Assembly: GCF_004010195.1 (NCBI RefSeq)
Contig: NW_025215325.1
Span: 1-64,000 of the forward strand
From: Chiloscyllium plagiosum
Taxonomy: Eukaryota
DNA length: 64,000 nucleotides
Direction: 5' to 3'
Under the pieces are notes generated by a model, which saw nothing but the letters and a program-made list of their open reading frames with translations, made no database searches and had not been told where the DNA came from. Below are positions 12,598-25,000 of the stretch, piece after piece. Position 1 is the first letter of the stretch; the number at the start of each line of letters is the position of its first letter. Both the position numbers and the translations under genes were made by a program.

Positions 12598-13553
12598 CTG
12601 AAAGGACAAGGCAACAATTAGAAAGGAAAGTATTTGTTTTGCCGTCCACAAAACCCCTCACCCCCAGCCCCAACGCCACAGCATCTCAAACAGGCCCAGA
12701 AATCTGAAGGCCTTCTCATTTGGCTTCCAATCTGAGAGGATAGAGCAGGACGCCTTATCACTGGTTAACAACCCTGCTCTGAACTGGCCCCATGAAACTT
12801 GCTCTGGTATTTGCCTCAACAGCTAATCGCTTCTAACGAAAGCTCACTCACTCGAAATGTTGACTGTCTTTCTCTCTGCAGTCGCTGAGTGTTTATTCCT
12901 AGCAATTGTGTTTTGATTATACTCAGTTTTCGTGAGTCCAGGCCATGAACAATGTCAGGCAGATCCTCCATACAGGCAGGCATCACAAGATCCTGACGTC
13001 AGACTATGTGATAATGGGACAGCAACATGGAGTAGGAACCCTGACTGAATCTTCCTCTCCTTAGCCCAAGCACGTTGCTGAAGCCCAGGCTCCAATCTGG
13101 CCGAGACCAGGGATTGGCTCTTCTGGTTGAGTAAAAGGTAAAGGCAAAATCGCCATAGTCCCAGAGGACCAGAGAGGTGACTGGTGGTGGGTTAACCTGA
13201 TGGTCACCATGTCTCAGGCGAGGGGAAAGGTTTGGAAGATAGGACTTTCGTGGTAATCTCAGCCAGTATGACCATTAGACCATAAGATATAACAGCAGAT
13301 GTCAGCCACTCAGTCCCTCAAATCTGTTCTACCATTTGATCATGGTTGATACATTTCTCAACCCTATTCTCCTGCCTCCTCTCATTAACCTTTGAACCCC
13401 TTACCAATAAGAACCGATTAATCTCTGTCTTGAATACACTGAATGACTTGGCCTCTGAGTTCATAGATTAGCCACCCTCTGGCTGAAGAAATTCTTCCTC
13501 ATTTAGAATGTGTATCCAACTGTGGGTGATGAACATGCTTATCTACTTCTGTT

Positions 13554-13732
13554 CAGAGTCGAGAACGTGGTGCTGGAAAAGCACAGCAGGTCAGGCAGCA
13601 TCCAAGGAGCAGGAGAATCAACGTTTTGGGCAAAAGCCTTTCAACATTTCCTTGGATGCTGCCTGACCTGCTGTGGTTTTCAAGCACCACACTCCCAACT
13701 TGATCTCCAGCATCTGCAGTCCTCACTTTCTC
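13554..13732. mobile_element. Fold-back Penelope-derived short element
   Basis: Inverted arms, TSD ctacttctgtt at 13543-13553 and 13733-13743. Confidence 0.75.
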
Positions 13733-14227
13733 CTACTTCTGTTTGGAGTCCACATGGTTACCTCTCAGTACACAGCCTCTCCATTGGCATGTCCTCAACA
13801 GTGTCTTCTCAGGGCAATAGATGGAAACCGTGCCCTTCACTGCGACAGGTGAAGGCATCAAAGGAACTCTGAGGAAGTTTGGGTCCAGGCAGAACCACAA
13901 TTCACTCGGGAATGTACACTGACACTTGAGCCCGACTAACCCCAAGGTCATCACAAAAATTAAAGATTTAATCAAATTACTCCAAGTCTTCCTGTTTACC
14001 TGTCAGATTGTCAGAAAATACTGACCAGGCTTTTGTATCTAACAAGAAACTCCCATTTATTACAAGAAATCATTTCTAATGAAAGGAAAACAAGATATGA
14101 AGTATTAACTTACAACGCTGCTTGCTTCAGTTTTACTGCCCATCTAAACTGCTGCACATACATGGACACAGACACAGCCAAACAGACAAATAAACAAACA
14201 CAGGAGTTATGGGAGGAGGAAAAGATA

Positions 14228-14710
14228 TTAGAGTCATAGAGATCTATAGCACAGAAAAAGGCCCTTTGGCCCATCAAGTCTGCACTGGCCAAAAACAATG
14301 ACCTGATTATCCTAATCCTGATGTCTTGCACTTGGTCTCTCGCCTTGTATGTTTTGGCATCATTACTGCCCATCTAAATACTCCATAAATATCAGGAGGG
14401 TTTCTGCCTTTACCAGCCTTATAGGCAGTGAGTTCCAGATTCCCATCACCCTCTGAGACAGTATGTTTTCCTCACATCACCTTGGAACCTTCTGTCCCAT
14501 TCCTTAAATCTCTGCCCCCTGCTGATCCCACTGTCAAGGGGAAATGTTTCTCCCTGTCTATCCTATCTATGCCCCATTAGGTTTTATACATCTCAGTCCC
14601 CTCTGCTCTAAGGAAAACAACCCCAGTCTGTCCAACTGCTCTTCATCACTGACACTCTCCAGTCCAGGCAACATCCTGGTAGACTTCCTTGGCACTATCT
14701 CCAGTGCCAT
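14228..14710 (-). mobile_element. CR1 LINE 3' fragment
   Basis: TRMLPGLESVSDEEQLDRLGLFSLEQR. Confidence 0.8.
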
Positions 14711-16153
14711 ACTGGGGAAACACAATTCCATTGCATCAGTCCAGAGGATTTGATGAAGGCCCACTGATCTCCGAACTCCTTATTTGCTCTCCAGAGGGTT
14801 GGTGTGGACTCAATGGGCCAAATGGCCTGCTTCCAAACTCTAGGAATTCTATGATTTTATAAACCTCTATAAGGGGCTATGGCGAACATTGCCAGTAGTT
14901 ACATGGTGGTCATGAGGCTTTTTAAAAAAATTCAGCCTCTTATCAAATTCAGATTTCACAATCTACCAGAATGACATTTGAACCCATGCCTCCAGAGCAT
15001 TGTTGGGGCTCTGGATTACTATCGAGTGACATTACCGTGACAGAACTACCACATTGTCCAAACGATCATGGCTATCATTGTCACCATTACTGTGAGTAGC
15101 TTTAAACTCTGGATACTTTCATTAAGTTTAAATTTCATCAGCTACCGGGATGAGATTTGAACCCAGGTCCCAAGGAGATTAGCCCTGGGAATTTGGCAAT
15201 TTCTAGTTGAGTGACATTACCACTTACAAAGAAGGAAATGCAATTTGCTGTGGATATGGGATAAGATGTAGGCCAAAGGGCTAGATTTCCTTCCCTGAAG
15301 GATATTCAGTGAACCAGATAGGTATTAACAACAAAGTGTTTAGTGACCTGGTCAACATTAGACTAGCTTTAAATTCCAAATGCTTTTAAAATCAAATGTC
15401 ACCATCTGTTACAGCGGGATTTGAACCCACATTTTATTTAAATTTGCTCACAGGGTGCTGCTGACTGGGCCAGCATTTATTGCCCATCCCTGACTGCCCA
15501 GGGGAGAGCTAAGAGTCAACCACATTGCTGTTGGTCCAGAGTCACATTTAAGTCAGACCAGGTAAGGATGGCAGATACATTCTCTAAAGGACATTAGTAA
15601 ACCAGATGTTTTTTTTCCCCATGATAATCTATGTGATCATCATAAGACACCTAATTCGGGTTCTTTTATTCAGTCATCTCAGCTCCAGGACATCTCTGCA
15701 GGAGTCCCTCAGGGGAGTGTCCTAGGCCTAACCATTTTCAGCTGCTTCATCAATGACCTTCCCTTCATCATCAGGTCAGAAGTGGGGATATTCGCGGATG
15801 ATTGCACAATGTTCAGCACCGTTCGCCACTCCACAGATACTGAAACAGTCTGTATTCAAATGCAACAAGATATGGACAATATCCAGCCTCGGGCTGACAG
15901 ATGTCAAGTAAGATTCAAACCATGCAAATGCCAGGCAATGACCATCTCCACTAAGAGACAATCTAACCACTGCCCCTTGACATTTAATGGTGTTGTCATC
16001 ACTGAATCTGCCAATATCAACATTCTGGTGGGTTACCATTGACCAGAAACTCAACTGGACTCATCACAACACAGTAGCTACACGAGCAGATTAGAGGCAA
16101 GGAATACTGCGGTGAATAGCTCACCTCCTGAATCCTCAAAGTCTGTCCACCAT

Positions 16154-17378
16154 CGCCTCATCTTCAACCCCAGGGCATCAATGTGGACTTCAACAGTTTC
16201 CTCATTTCCCCTTTCCCCACCTCACCCCAGTTCCAAACTTCCAGCTCAGCACTGTCCCCATGACTTGTCCTACCTGTCTATCCTCTTTTCCACCTATCTA
16301 CTCCACCCTCCTCCCTGACCTATCACCTTCATCCCCTCCCCCAATCAACTATTATACTCTATGCTACTTTCCCATATGTTAAGTCCCACATAGGAGGTTA
16401 GTGAGCAAAATTAGGGCGCATGGTATTGGGGGCAAAGTACTAACTTGGATTGAAAGTTGGTTGGCTGACAGGAAACAAAGAGTAGTGATAAAGGCTCCAT
16501 TTCAGAATGGCAGGTAGTGACCAGTGGGGTACCGCAGGGATCAGTGCTGGGACCGCAGCTTTTTACAATATATATTAATGATATAGAAGATGGTATTAGT
16601 AATAACATTAGCAAATTTGCTGATGATACAAAGCTGGGTGGCAGGGTGAAATGTGAAGAGGATGGTAGGAGATTACAGGGTGATCTGGACAGGTTAGGTG
16701 AGTGGTCAGATGCATGGCAGATGCAGTTTAATGTGGATAAATGTATGGTTATCCACTTTGGTGGCAAGAACACGAAGGCAGATTACTACCTCAATGGAAT
16801 CAATTTAGATAAAGGGGCAGTACAAAGAGATCTGGATGTTCTTGTACACCAGTCAATGAAGGCAAGCATACAGGTATAGCAGGTAGTGAAGAAGGCTAAT
16901 AGCATGCTGGCCTCCATAACAAGAGGGATTGAGTATAGAAGCAAAGAGGATCTTCTGCAGCTGTACAGGGCCCTGGTGAGACCACACCTGGAGTACTGTG
17001 TGCAGCTCTGGTCTCCAAATTTGAGGAAAGACATTCTGGCTATTGAGGAAGTGCAGCNNNNNNNNNNNNNNNNNNNNNNNNNNNNNNNNNNNNNNNNNNN
17101 NNNNNNNNNNNNNNNNNNNNNNNNNNNNNNNNNNNNNNNNNNNNNNNNNNNNNNNNNNNNNNNNNNNNNNNNNNNNNNNNNNNNNNNNNNNNNNNNNNNN
17201 NNNNNNNNNNNNNNNNNNNNNNNNNNNNNNNNNNNNNNNCTCTGCCTGCATTCCTGATGAAGGGCTTTTGCCCAAAACGTTGATTTTACTGCTCGTCGGA
17301 TGCTGCCTGACCTGCTGTGCTTTTCCAGCACCACTCTAATCTAGAATCTGGTTTCCAGCATCTGCAGTCCTTGTTTTT
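16154..17378 (+). mobile_element. Penelope-like 3' fragment split by a CR1 insertion
   Basis: LQPQGINVDF-type end, pyrimidine-rich UTR, terminal ctgatgaagggc... segment at 17240-17378, flanked by duplicated accatc. Confidence 0.7.
16372..17057 (+). mobile_element. CR1 LINE RT fragment
   Basis: [21 protein letters not shown]...KFADDTK and LYRALVRPHLEYCVQ. Confidence 0.92.
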
Positions 17379-17914
17379 ACCATCTATAAGGCACAAGTCA
17401 GGAGTGTGATGGAATACTTGCCTGGATGGGTGCAGCTCCAACAACACTCAAGAAGCCTGATACCATCCAGGAAAAAGTAGCCCACTTGACTGGCACCACA
17501 TCCACAAGCATCCACTCCCTCCACCAGCAATGCTGAGTAGCAGCAGTGTGTACTATCTACAAGATGCACCACGGTAATTCACCAAAAATCCTTAGACAGC
17601 ACCTTCCAAACCCATGACCACTTCCATCTAGAAGGTAGAAGGACAAGGGCAGCAGATACATGGGAATACTACCTGCTGCAAGTTCCCCTCCAAGCCCATC
17701 ACCATCTAGACTAGGAAGTATATCACCGTTCCTTCACTGTCACTGAATCAAAGTCTTGGAATTTCCTCCCAAGGGCATTGTGGGTCTACCTATAGCAGGT
17801 AGACTACAACGATTCAAGAAGGTAGCTCACCCCCACCTTTTTAAGGGAAACCAGAAATGGACAAGAAATATTGGTCCAACCAGCGATGTCCACATCCCAA
17901 AAGTGTATTAAAAA

Positions 17915-18612
17915 AAGGCTAATGATAAGATTCTTGGCAACGTAGAGGAGCAGAGAGATCCCAGTGTCCATGTATATAGATCCCTAAAAGTAGCCACCAG
18001 GTTGATAGGGTTGTTAAGAAGTCATACAGTGTGTTAGCTTTTATTGGTAGAGGGATTTAGTTTCAGAGTCATGAGGTCATGTTGCAGCTGTACAAAACTC
18101 TGGGGCAGCCATACTTGGAGTATTGTGTACAGTTCTGGTCACCGCATTATAGGCAGGATGTGGAAGCTTTGGAAAGGGTTCAAAGGAGATTTGTTAGGAT
18201 GTTGCCTGGTATGCAGGCAAGGTCTTATGAGGAATGGCTGAGGGACTTGAGGTTGTTTTTGTTACAGAGAAGGTTGAGAGATGATTTAATAGAGACATAC
18301 AAGATGATCAGAGGACATAGGGAGGATAGTGAGAGCCTTTTTCCTCGGATGGTGTTGGCTAGGATGAAGGGACATAGCTTTAAAGTGAGGGGTGATAGAT
18401 ATAGGACAGATGTCAGATTTAGGTTCTTTACTCAGAGAGTAGTAGGGGTGTGAAACGCCCTGTCTGCAACAGTAGTAGACTCGCCAACTTTAAGGGCATT
18501 TAAATGGTCATTGGATAAACATATGGATGATATGGAACAGTGTAGGTGCAATGGGCTTCAGATTGGTTCCACAGGTCGGTGCCAGATCGAGGGCTGTAAT
18601 GTTCTATGTTCT
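17915..18612 (+). mobile_element. CR1 LINE 3' portion
   Basis: LYKTLGQPYLEYCVQFWSPHY...FFTQRVV with a gttctatgttct tail. Confidence 0.88.
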
Positions 18613-19280
18613 AAAATGTCATGGTTCAGGATATTGCTGTATACTCATCTATCAACATTGAGAATGTGACCCTGGAGATTGTTGATAGCTTCACATATCT
18701 AGGTTTCAGAATCACCAGTGATCAGGTACCTGTGGCTGCAGTTAAAACATTCACTGCAAAATCGACTGTTTTTTGTCCAGGCTGAGTAAGAGTGTGGAAC
18801 TACAGCAGTCTGACTGAGACCACTAAGTTCTGAGTTTTAAACCACAAAACTACAAACAATAGGAAGTGGAGTCTTCCTTTTTTCCCCTCAGGTCTACTCT
18901 GCCATTCTATAGGATCATGACAAATCCAACATTCCTCATAATCATTATGTTGTATTTTCCCGGTAAACCTTGATTCTCCGACTCATCAAAAATCTACATA
19001 TCTCAGCCTTAAAAATACACAAGGATTCTGTACCCACCCACTCCTTGGCAAGGAGTTCCAAAGACTCACCACCCTTGAGAGAATAAAATTCCTTCATATC
19101 TCAGTCTGAAATTGATGCCCCTTAATTGTGAGACTATCTCCTCTAGTCCTCGATTCTCCAATGAGTGAAACATCCTCTGAGCATTTACCCTGTCAAACCC
19201 CTGAAGAATCAAGTCTGGATCCTCAACACACTCCTCCGCAGTGGTGAGACCATGACAATTTAAGGTTGGCAGGTGAAAAG

Positions 19281-19410
19281 GAATGATGAAGGGCTTTTGC
19301 CCGAAACATCGATTCTCCTGTCCCTCAGATGCTGCCTGACCTGCTGTGCTTTTCCAGCACCACTCTCTCAACGCTAATCTCCAGCATCTGCAGTCCTCGC
19401 TTTCACCCAG
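19281..19410 (+). mobile_element. Penelope-like terminal fragment
   Basis: gatgaagggcttttgcccgaaac...catctgcagtcctcgctttc. Confidence 0.65.
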
Positions 19411-20117
19411 GCTAAAAGGCTGAACAGTTTCCATATTTGTTATCTCAGACATGTCCTTGGAAAACTTGACAGGAGAAGGTCACGAACTCAGAAGTCCTGG
19501 AGTCATGTTAATTCCACAAGTACCTTGTCAGACCATTGCCTTCTAGCACATCACGCATGGCAGGGGCTGCTGTGCCAGAGTGTGGCTCCTGAGTTTTAAC
19601 AGGAAATACTGAGCATAGAGCTGGCCAGCACTTACTTACTAGCTAATAATCTAAGGCAACTGCCTAACTGTGTTCACATTAGCATCAACAAAGCCAGGGC
19701 TGGCTGCTGAGAGGGTTAAGGTTAATATGCTTTGGACAGATTTGTAAAGCTATTTCATAAAAGCATACAAGCCATCAAATTAATTTCCCTTTGCTTTTTG
19801 TTTCTCCATTTTAATCCCATAAATCAACAAACAATCTGTCCCAAAACAGTAAGACAATGAGTAAAAGACCGTTGGGTTAAAGACAAATTTTCTCCTAATA
19901 CAAACAGGGTAACAAGACCACAAAACTGGCAGATTGCTAACATAAAACAGATAGACCGAGTCTCCTGTTGCTTACTTAGGGTACAAAGTTTCAAACTGCT
20001 TCCCATTCACACACAGTGGATCAAAACCCTTCTCATTCATTCATTTCATATAGCAACCTGACCAAAGGGGACATTCTTCCTGTTTGATGGAAGATAACAA
20101 TAGTGCTGGAAATTGAA

Positions 20118-20301
20118 ACCAAAAGAGAAAATGCTGGAAAATCTCAGCAGGTCTGGCAGCATCTGTAAGGAGAGAAAAGAGCTGACGTCTCGAGTCTCAC
20201 TCCTTTTCTCTCCTTACAGATGCTGCCAGACCTGCTGAAATTTTCCAGCATTTTCTCTTTTGGTTTCAGATTCCAGCATCCGCAGTAATTTGTTTTCATC
20301 C
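20118..20301. mobile_element. Fold-back Penelope-derived element (different subfamily)
   Basis: ~65-bp inverted arms, 16-bp TSD agtgctggaaattgaa/agtgctagaaattgaa. Confidence 0.75.
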
Positions 20302-20614
20302 AGTGCTAGAAATTGAACTGTGCACTGCATCAGAAATGGGACAATCCTGTCCCCATTGCTCATCCACATTCACCACTTGCCCAAGGGTCAGTGAAATAGG
20401 GATCCTTGCAGATGGAACAGTATACAGACAGCTTTACTCTGTATCTAATCCCGTGCTGTCCCTGTCCTGGAGGTATTTGATAGGGACATTGTAGAGAGAG
20501 TTTTATTATGTATTTAACACTGTGCTGTATCTGAGCTGAGAATTCCTCATGGTGAACAGTGAATTAAATCTTATACAGAAACATGTGCATGCTGTGCCTG
20601 AATCTGAGTACTTA

Positions 20615-21030
20615 TGGAGTCATAGAGCACAGAAACAGAACTTTCAGTCCAACTCATCCATACCAACCAAGTTTCCCAAACTAAATGAGTCCTATTTGCC
20701 TGCATTTGGCTCATATCCCGCTATACTTTTCTATTCAAGTACCTGTCAAAATATCTTCTCAATGGTGTAACTCCATCTGCATCTACCACTTCCTCTGGCA
20801 GTTCACTCCAGATATGAACCACTCTCCATGTGAAAACATTGCCCCTCAGGTCCCTTTGAAATTTTTCTCCTCTTGCTGTAAAATTATTTCCTTTAGTTTT
20901 CAACTCCCCTGCCCTAGGGAAAAGACCTTTGCTATTCACCTTATACAAGGCCCTCATGATTTTATAAATCTCCATAAGAACTCTACAAATCTCAACCTCC
21001 TGGGCTCCAGTGAAAAAAGCCCCACCCTAT
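20615..21030 (-). mobile_element. CR1 LINE 3' fragment
   Basis: IYKIMRALYKVNSKGLFP...WSELPEEVV. Confidence 0.82.
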
Positions 21031-21042
21031 TGTCAAGTTCTA

Positions 21043-21352
21043 TTAGCAGTCCGGCCTCACATCGCCAGGGACCCAGGTTCGATTCCAGCCTCGGGCGACT
21101 GTCTGTGTGGAGTTTGCACAGTCTTCCTGTGTCTGCATGGATTTCCTCCCAAAGTCCAAAGATGTGCAGGTTAGGTGGGTTGGCCATGCTAAATTGCCCA
21201 TAGTGTTCAGGATGTGTAGGTTAGGTGCATTAGTCACAGGTAACTTTAGGGTAGGGGGAATGGGTCTGGGTGAATTACTCTTTAGAGGGGTCGGTGTGGA
21301 CTTGTTGGGCCGAAGAGCCCGTTTCAACGCTGTAGGGATTTGATGATGATTC
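21043..21352 (+). mobile_element. HE1-like V-SINE
   Basis: B box ggttcgattcc, V-domain core and CR1-like tail. Confidence 0.82.
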
Positions 21353-21365
21353 TTTTTCACAACTT

Positions 21366-22020
21366 TGTTATGACACAGAGGTGAGCCCCTCTGTTAATTA
21401 AACCAAACACCCGGAAAATCTCGCCTCACAGTGTTAAAATATGAGTGACAGAGAACTCCCAAATACCATTATTTAAAGAAAATACATCAATTTATTTTCT
21501 AACTTTAAAGGTGAACTTTAAAAAAAACTATTCACAAATCTCAGCCTCCTTGTCCCTTAACTGCTTACTGTCTGATTCCAACTCTATAACAATATGCTGT
21601 TCAATATGACACCTATTAAAATTACATCAACTCAATTTCAAAACCACACAGTCTCTGTCTTCTTCTGTGTCTTCACTCTTCCAGGTGCTGATCTCCCGGG
21701 TTCATTTACTTTCTTTTTACTGTGAGTATGTTTCAGAGTTTCTTTGACAGAGAGTGTTTTCTAATTTCTTTGAGGGTAAGATGTGAGATTGACAGTTTGC
21801 TCTCCAGCAGTTTCTCTCTCCATCGCAGTTGCTCTCTGACAAATTCTCAAAACGTCCACATTCTTATATGCCCTAACATTGGATCACCTCATTGGTTCAA
21901 TGTTGGCAAAACAATAAATTCAGATTTGATTGGGTTTTATTATCCTGGGGCATATTTTAAACTGATTGGTTAAATTCCAATTGTTGTCAACACAGCAAAC
22001 AAACCTCAGATACACATTTA
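21366..22020 (-). mobile_element. Possible solo LTR
   Basis: TG-start (tgttatgac), tttatt and tttattt signals, TATA-like ttata. The general layout is LTR-like, but the other terminus and a TSD were not found. Confidence 0.3.
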
Positions 22021-22034
22021 CGCTCTGCAACGGG

Positions 22035-25000
22035 TGTCGGGCTCCCCCTCGCTCTACACCAGGAGTCAAGTTCGGCCTTGCTCTGCACTGGGACTCGGGA
22101 TCTCCCCTCACTCTGCACCGGGACTCGGGTTCCCCATCACTCTGCACTGGGACTCAGGAACCCCATTGCTCTGCACCGGGACTCGGGATCCCCCCTCACT
22201 CTGCACTGGGACTCGGGTTCCCCCGTCGCTCTGCACCGGGACTCGGGTTCCCCCTCGCTCTGCACCGGGACTCGGGTTCCCCCTCGCTCTGCACCGGGAC
22301 TCGGGATCCCCCCTCACTCTGCACTGGGACTCAGGAACCCCATTGCTCTGCACCGGGACTCGGGATCCCCCCTCGCTCTGCACCGGGACTCGGGAACCCC
22401 ATTGCTCTGCACCGGGACTCGGGATCCCCCCTCGCTCTGCACCGGGACTCGGGATCCCCCATCGCTCTGCACCGGGACTCGGGATCCCCCATCGCTCTGC
22501 ACTGGGACTCGGGATCTCCCCTTGCTCTGCACTGGGACTCGGGATCCCCCATCCCCCTGCACCAGGACTCGGGATCCCCCCTCGCACTGCACTGGGACTC
22601 GGGATCCCCCCCTCGCTCTGCACTGGGAGTCGGGGTCCCCCATCGCTCTGCACTGGGACTCGGGATCCCCCCCTCGCTCTGCACTGGGACTCGGGGTCCC
22701 CCATCGCTCTGCACCGGGACTTGGGATACCCCCTCGCTCTGCACTGGGACTCGGGATCCCCCCCTCGCTCTGCACTAGGACTCGGGATCCCCCCACTGGG
22801 ACTCGGGATCCCCCCCTCGCTCTGCACTAGGACTCGGGATCCCCCATCCCTCTGCACCGGGACTCGGGATCCCCCCTCGCTCTGCACTGGGACTCGGGAT
22901 CCCCCCTCGCTCTGCACTAGGACTCGGGATCCCCCATCGCTCTGCACTGGGACTCGGGTTCCCCCTGCACTGGGACTCGGGATCCCCCCCTCGCTCTGCA
23001 CTGGGACTCGGGATCCCACCCTCGCTCTGCACTGGGACTCGGGATCCCCCATCGCTCTGCATCGGGACTCGGGATCCCCCATCGCTCTGCATCGGGACTC
23101 GGGATTCCCCATCACTCTGCATCGGGACTCGGGATTCCCCATTGCTCTGCATCGGGACTCGGGATCCCCCCTCACTCTGCATCGGGACTCGGGATCCCCC
23201 CTCGCTCTGCACTGGAACTCGCGATCCCCCATCCCCCTGCACTGGGACTCGGGATCCCCCCTTGCTCTGCACCGGGACTCGGGATCCCCCATCGCTCTGC
23301 ACCGGGACTCGGGATCCCCCCTTGCTCTGCACCGGGACTCGGGATCCCCCCTCGCTCTGCATCGGGACTCGGGATCCACCCTCGCTCTGCACCGGGAATC
23401 GGGATCCCCCCTCGCTCTGCACTGGGACTCGGGATCCCCCCTCACTCTGCATCAGGGTTCGGGATCCCCCCTCACTCTGCACTGGGACTCGGGATCCCCC
23501 CTCGCTCTGCACCGGGACTCGGGATCCCCCCTCGCTCTGCACTGGGACTCGGGATCCCTCCTCACTCTGCACTGGGACTCAGGCTCCCCCCTCACTCTGC
23601 ATTGGGACTCGGGATCCCCCCTCACTCTGCACCGGGACTCGGGATCCCCCCTTGCTCTGCACCGGGACTCGGGATCCCCCCTTGCTCTGCACCGGGACTC
23701 GGGATCCCCCCTCTCTCTGCACCGGGACTCGGGGTCCCCCATCGCTCTGCACCGGGACTTGGGATCCCCCCTCGCTCTGCACTGGGACTCGGGATCCCCC
23801 CCTCGCTCTGCACTGGGACTCGGGGTCCCTGATCGCTCTGCACTGGGACTCGGGATCCCCCCCCTCGCTCTGCACTGGGACTTGGGGTCCCCCATCGCTC
23901 TGCACCGGGACTCGGGATCCCCCCTCGCTCTGCACTGGGACTCGGGATCCACCCCTCGCTCTGCACTAGGACTCGGGGTCCCCCATCGCTCTGCACTGGG
24001 ACTCGGGTTCCCCCTGCACAGGGACTCGGGATCCCCCCCTCGCTCTGCACTGGGACTCGGGATCCCCCCCTCGCCCTGCACTGGGACTCGGGATCCCCCA
24101 TCGCTCTGCATCGGGACTCGGGATCCGCCATCGCTCTGCATCGGGACTCGGGATCCCCCATCACTCTGCATCGGGACTCGGGATTCCCCATTGCTCTGCA
24201 TCGGGACTCGGGATCCCCCCTCACTCTGCATCGGGACTCGGGATCCCCCCTCGCTCTGCACTGGAACTCGCGATCCCCCATCCCCCTGCACTGGGACTCG
24301 GGATCACCATCCCCCTGCATCAGGGTTCGGGATCCCCCCTCACTCTGCACTGGGACTCAGGATCCCCCCTCGCTCTGCACCGGGACTCGGGATCTCCCCT
24401 CGCTCTGCACTGGGACTCGGGATCCCCCCTCACTCTGCATTGGGACTCGGGATCTCCCCTTGCTCTGCACTGGGACTCGGGATCCGACATCGCTCTGCAC
24501 TGGGACTCGGGATCCGACATCGCTCTGCACTGGGACTCGGGATCCCCCCTCACTCTCCACTGGGACTCAGGATCCCCCCCTCGCTCTGCACTGGGACGCG
24601 GGATCCCCCATCGCTCTGCACCGGGACTCAGGATCCCCCCTCGCTCTGCACCAGGACTCGGGATCTCCCCTCGCTCTGCACCGGGACTCGGGATCCCCCC
24701 TCACTCTCCACTGGGACTCGGGATCCCCCCCTGGCTCTGCACTGGGACTCGGGATCCCCCATCGCTCTGCACCGGGACTCGGGATCCCCCCTCGCTCTGC
24801 ATTGGGACTCGGGATCCCCATCGCTCTGCACCGGGACTCCGGATCCCCCATCGCTCTGCACCGGGACTCAGGATCCCCATCGCTCTGCACCGGGACTCGG
24901 GATCCCCCCTTGCTCTGCACCGGGACTCGGGATCCCCCATCGCTCTGCACCGGGACTCGGGATACCCCCTTGCTCTGCACCGGGACTCGGGATCCCCCAT

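Larger units (their letters stand above)
15670..17910 (+). mobile_element. Old CR1/L2-clade LINE (RT and 3' end) interrupted by nested insertions
   Basis: VPQGSVLG and IFADDCT motifs at 15700-15810. The sequence resumes at ~17385. Confidence 0.75.
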
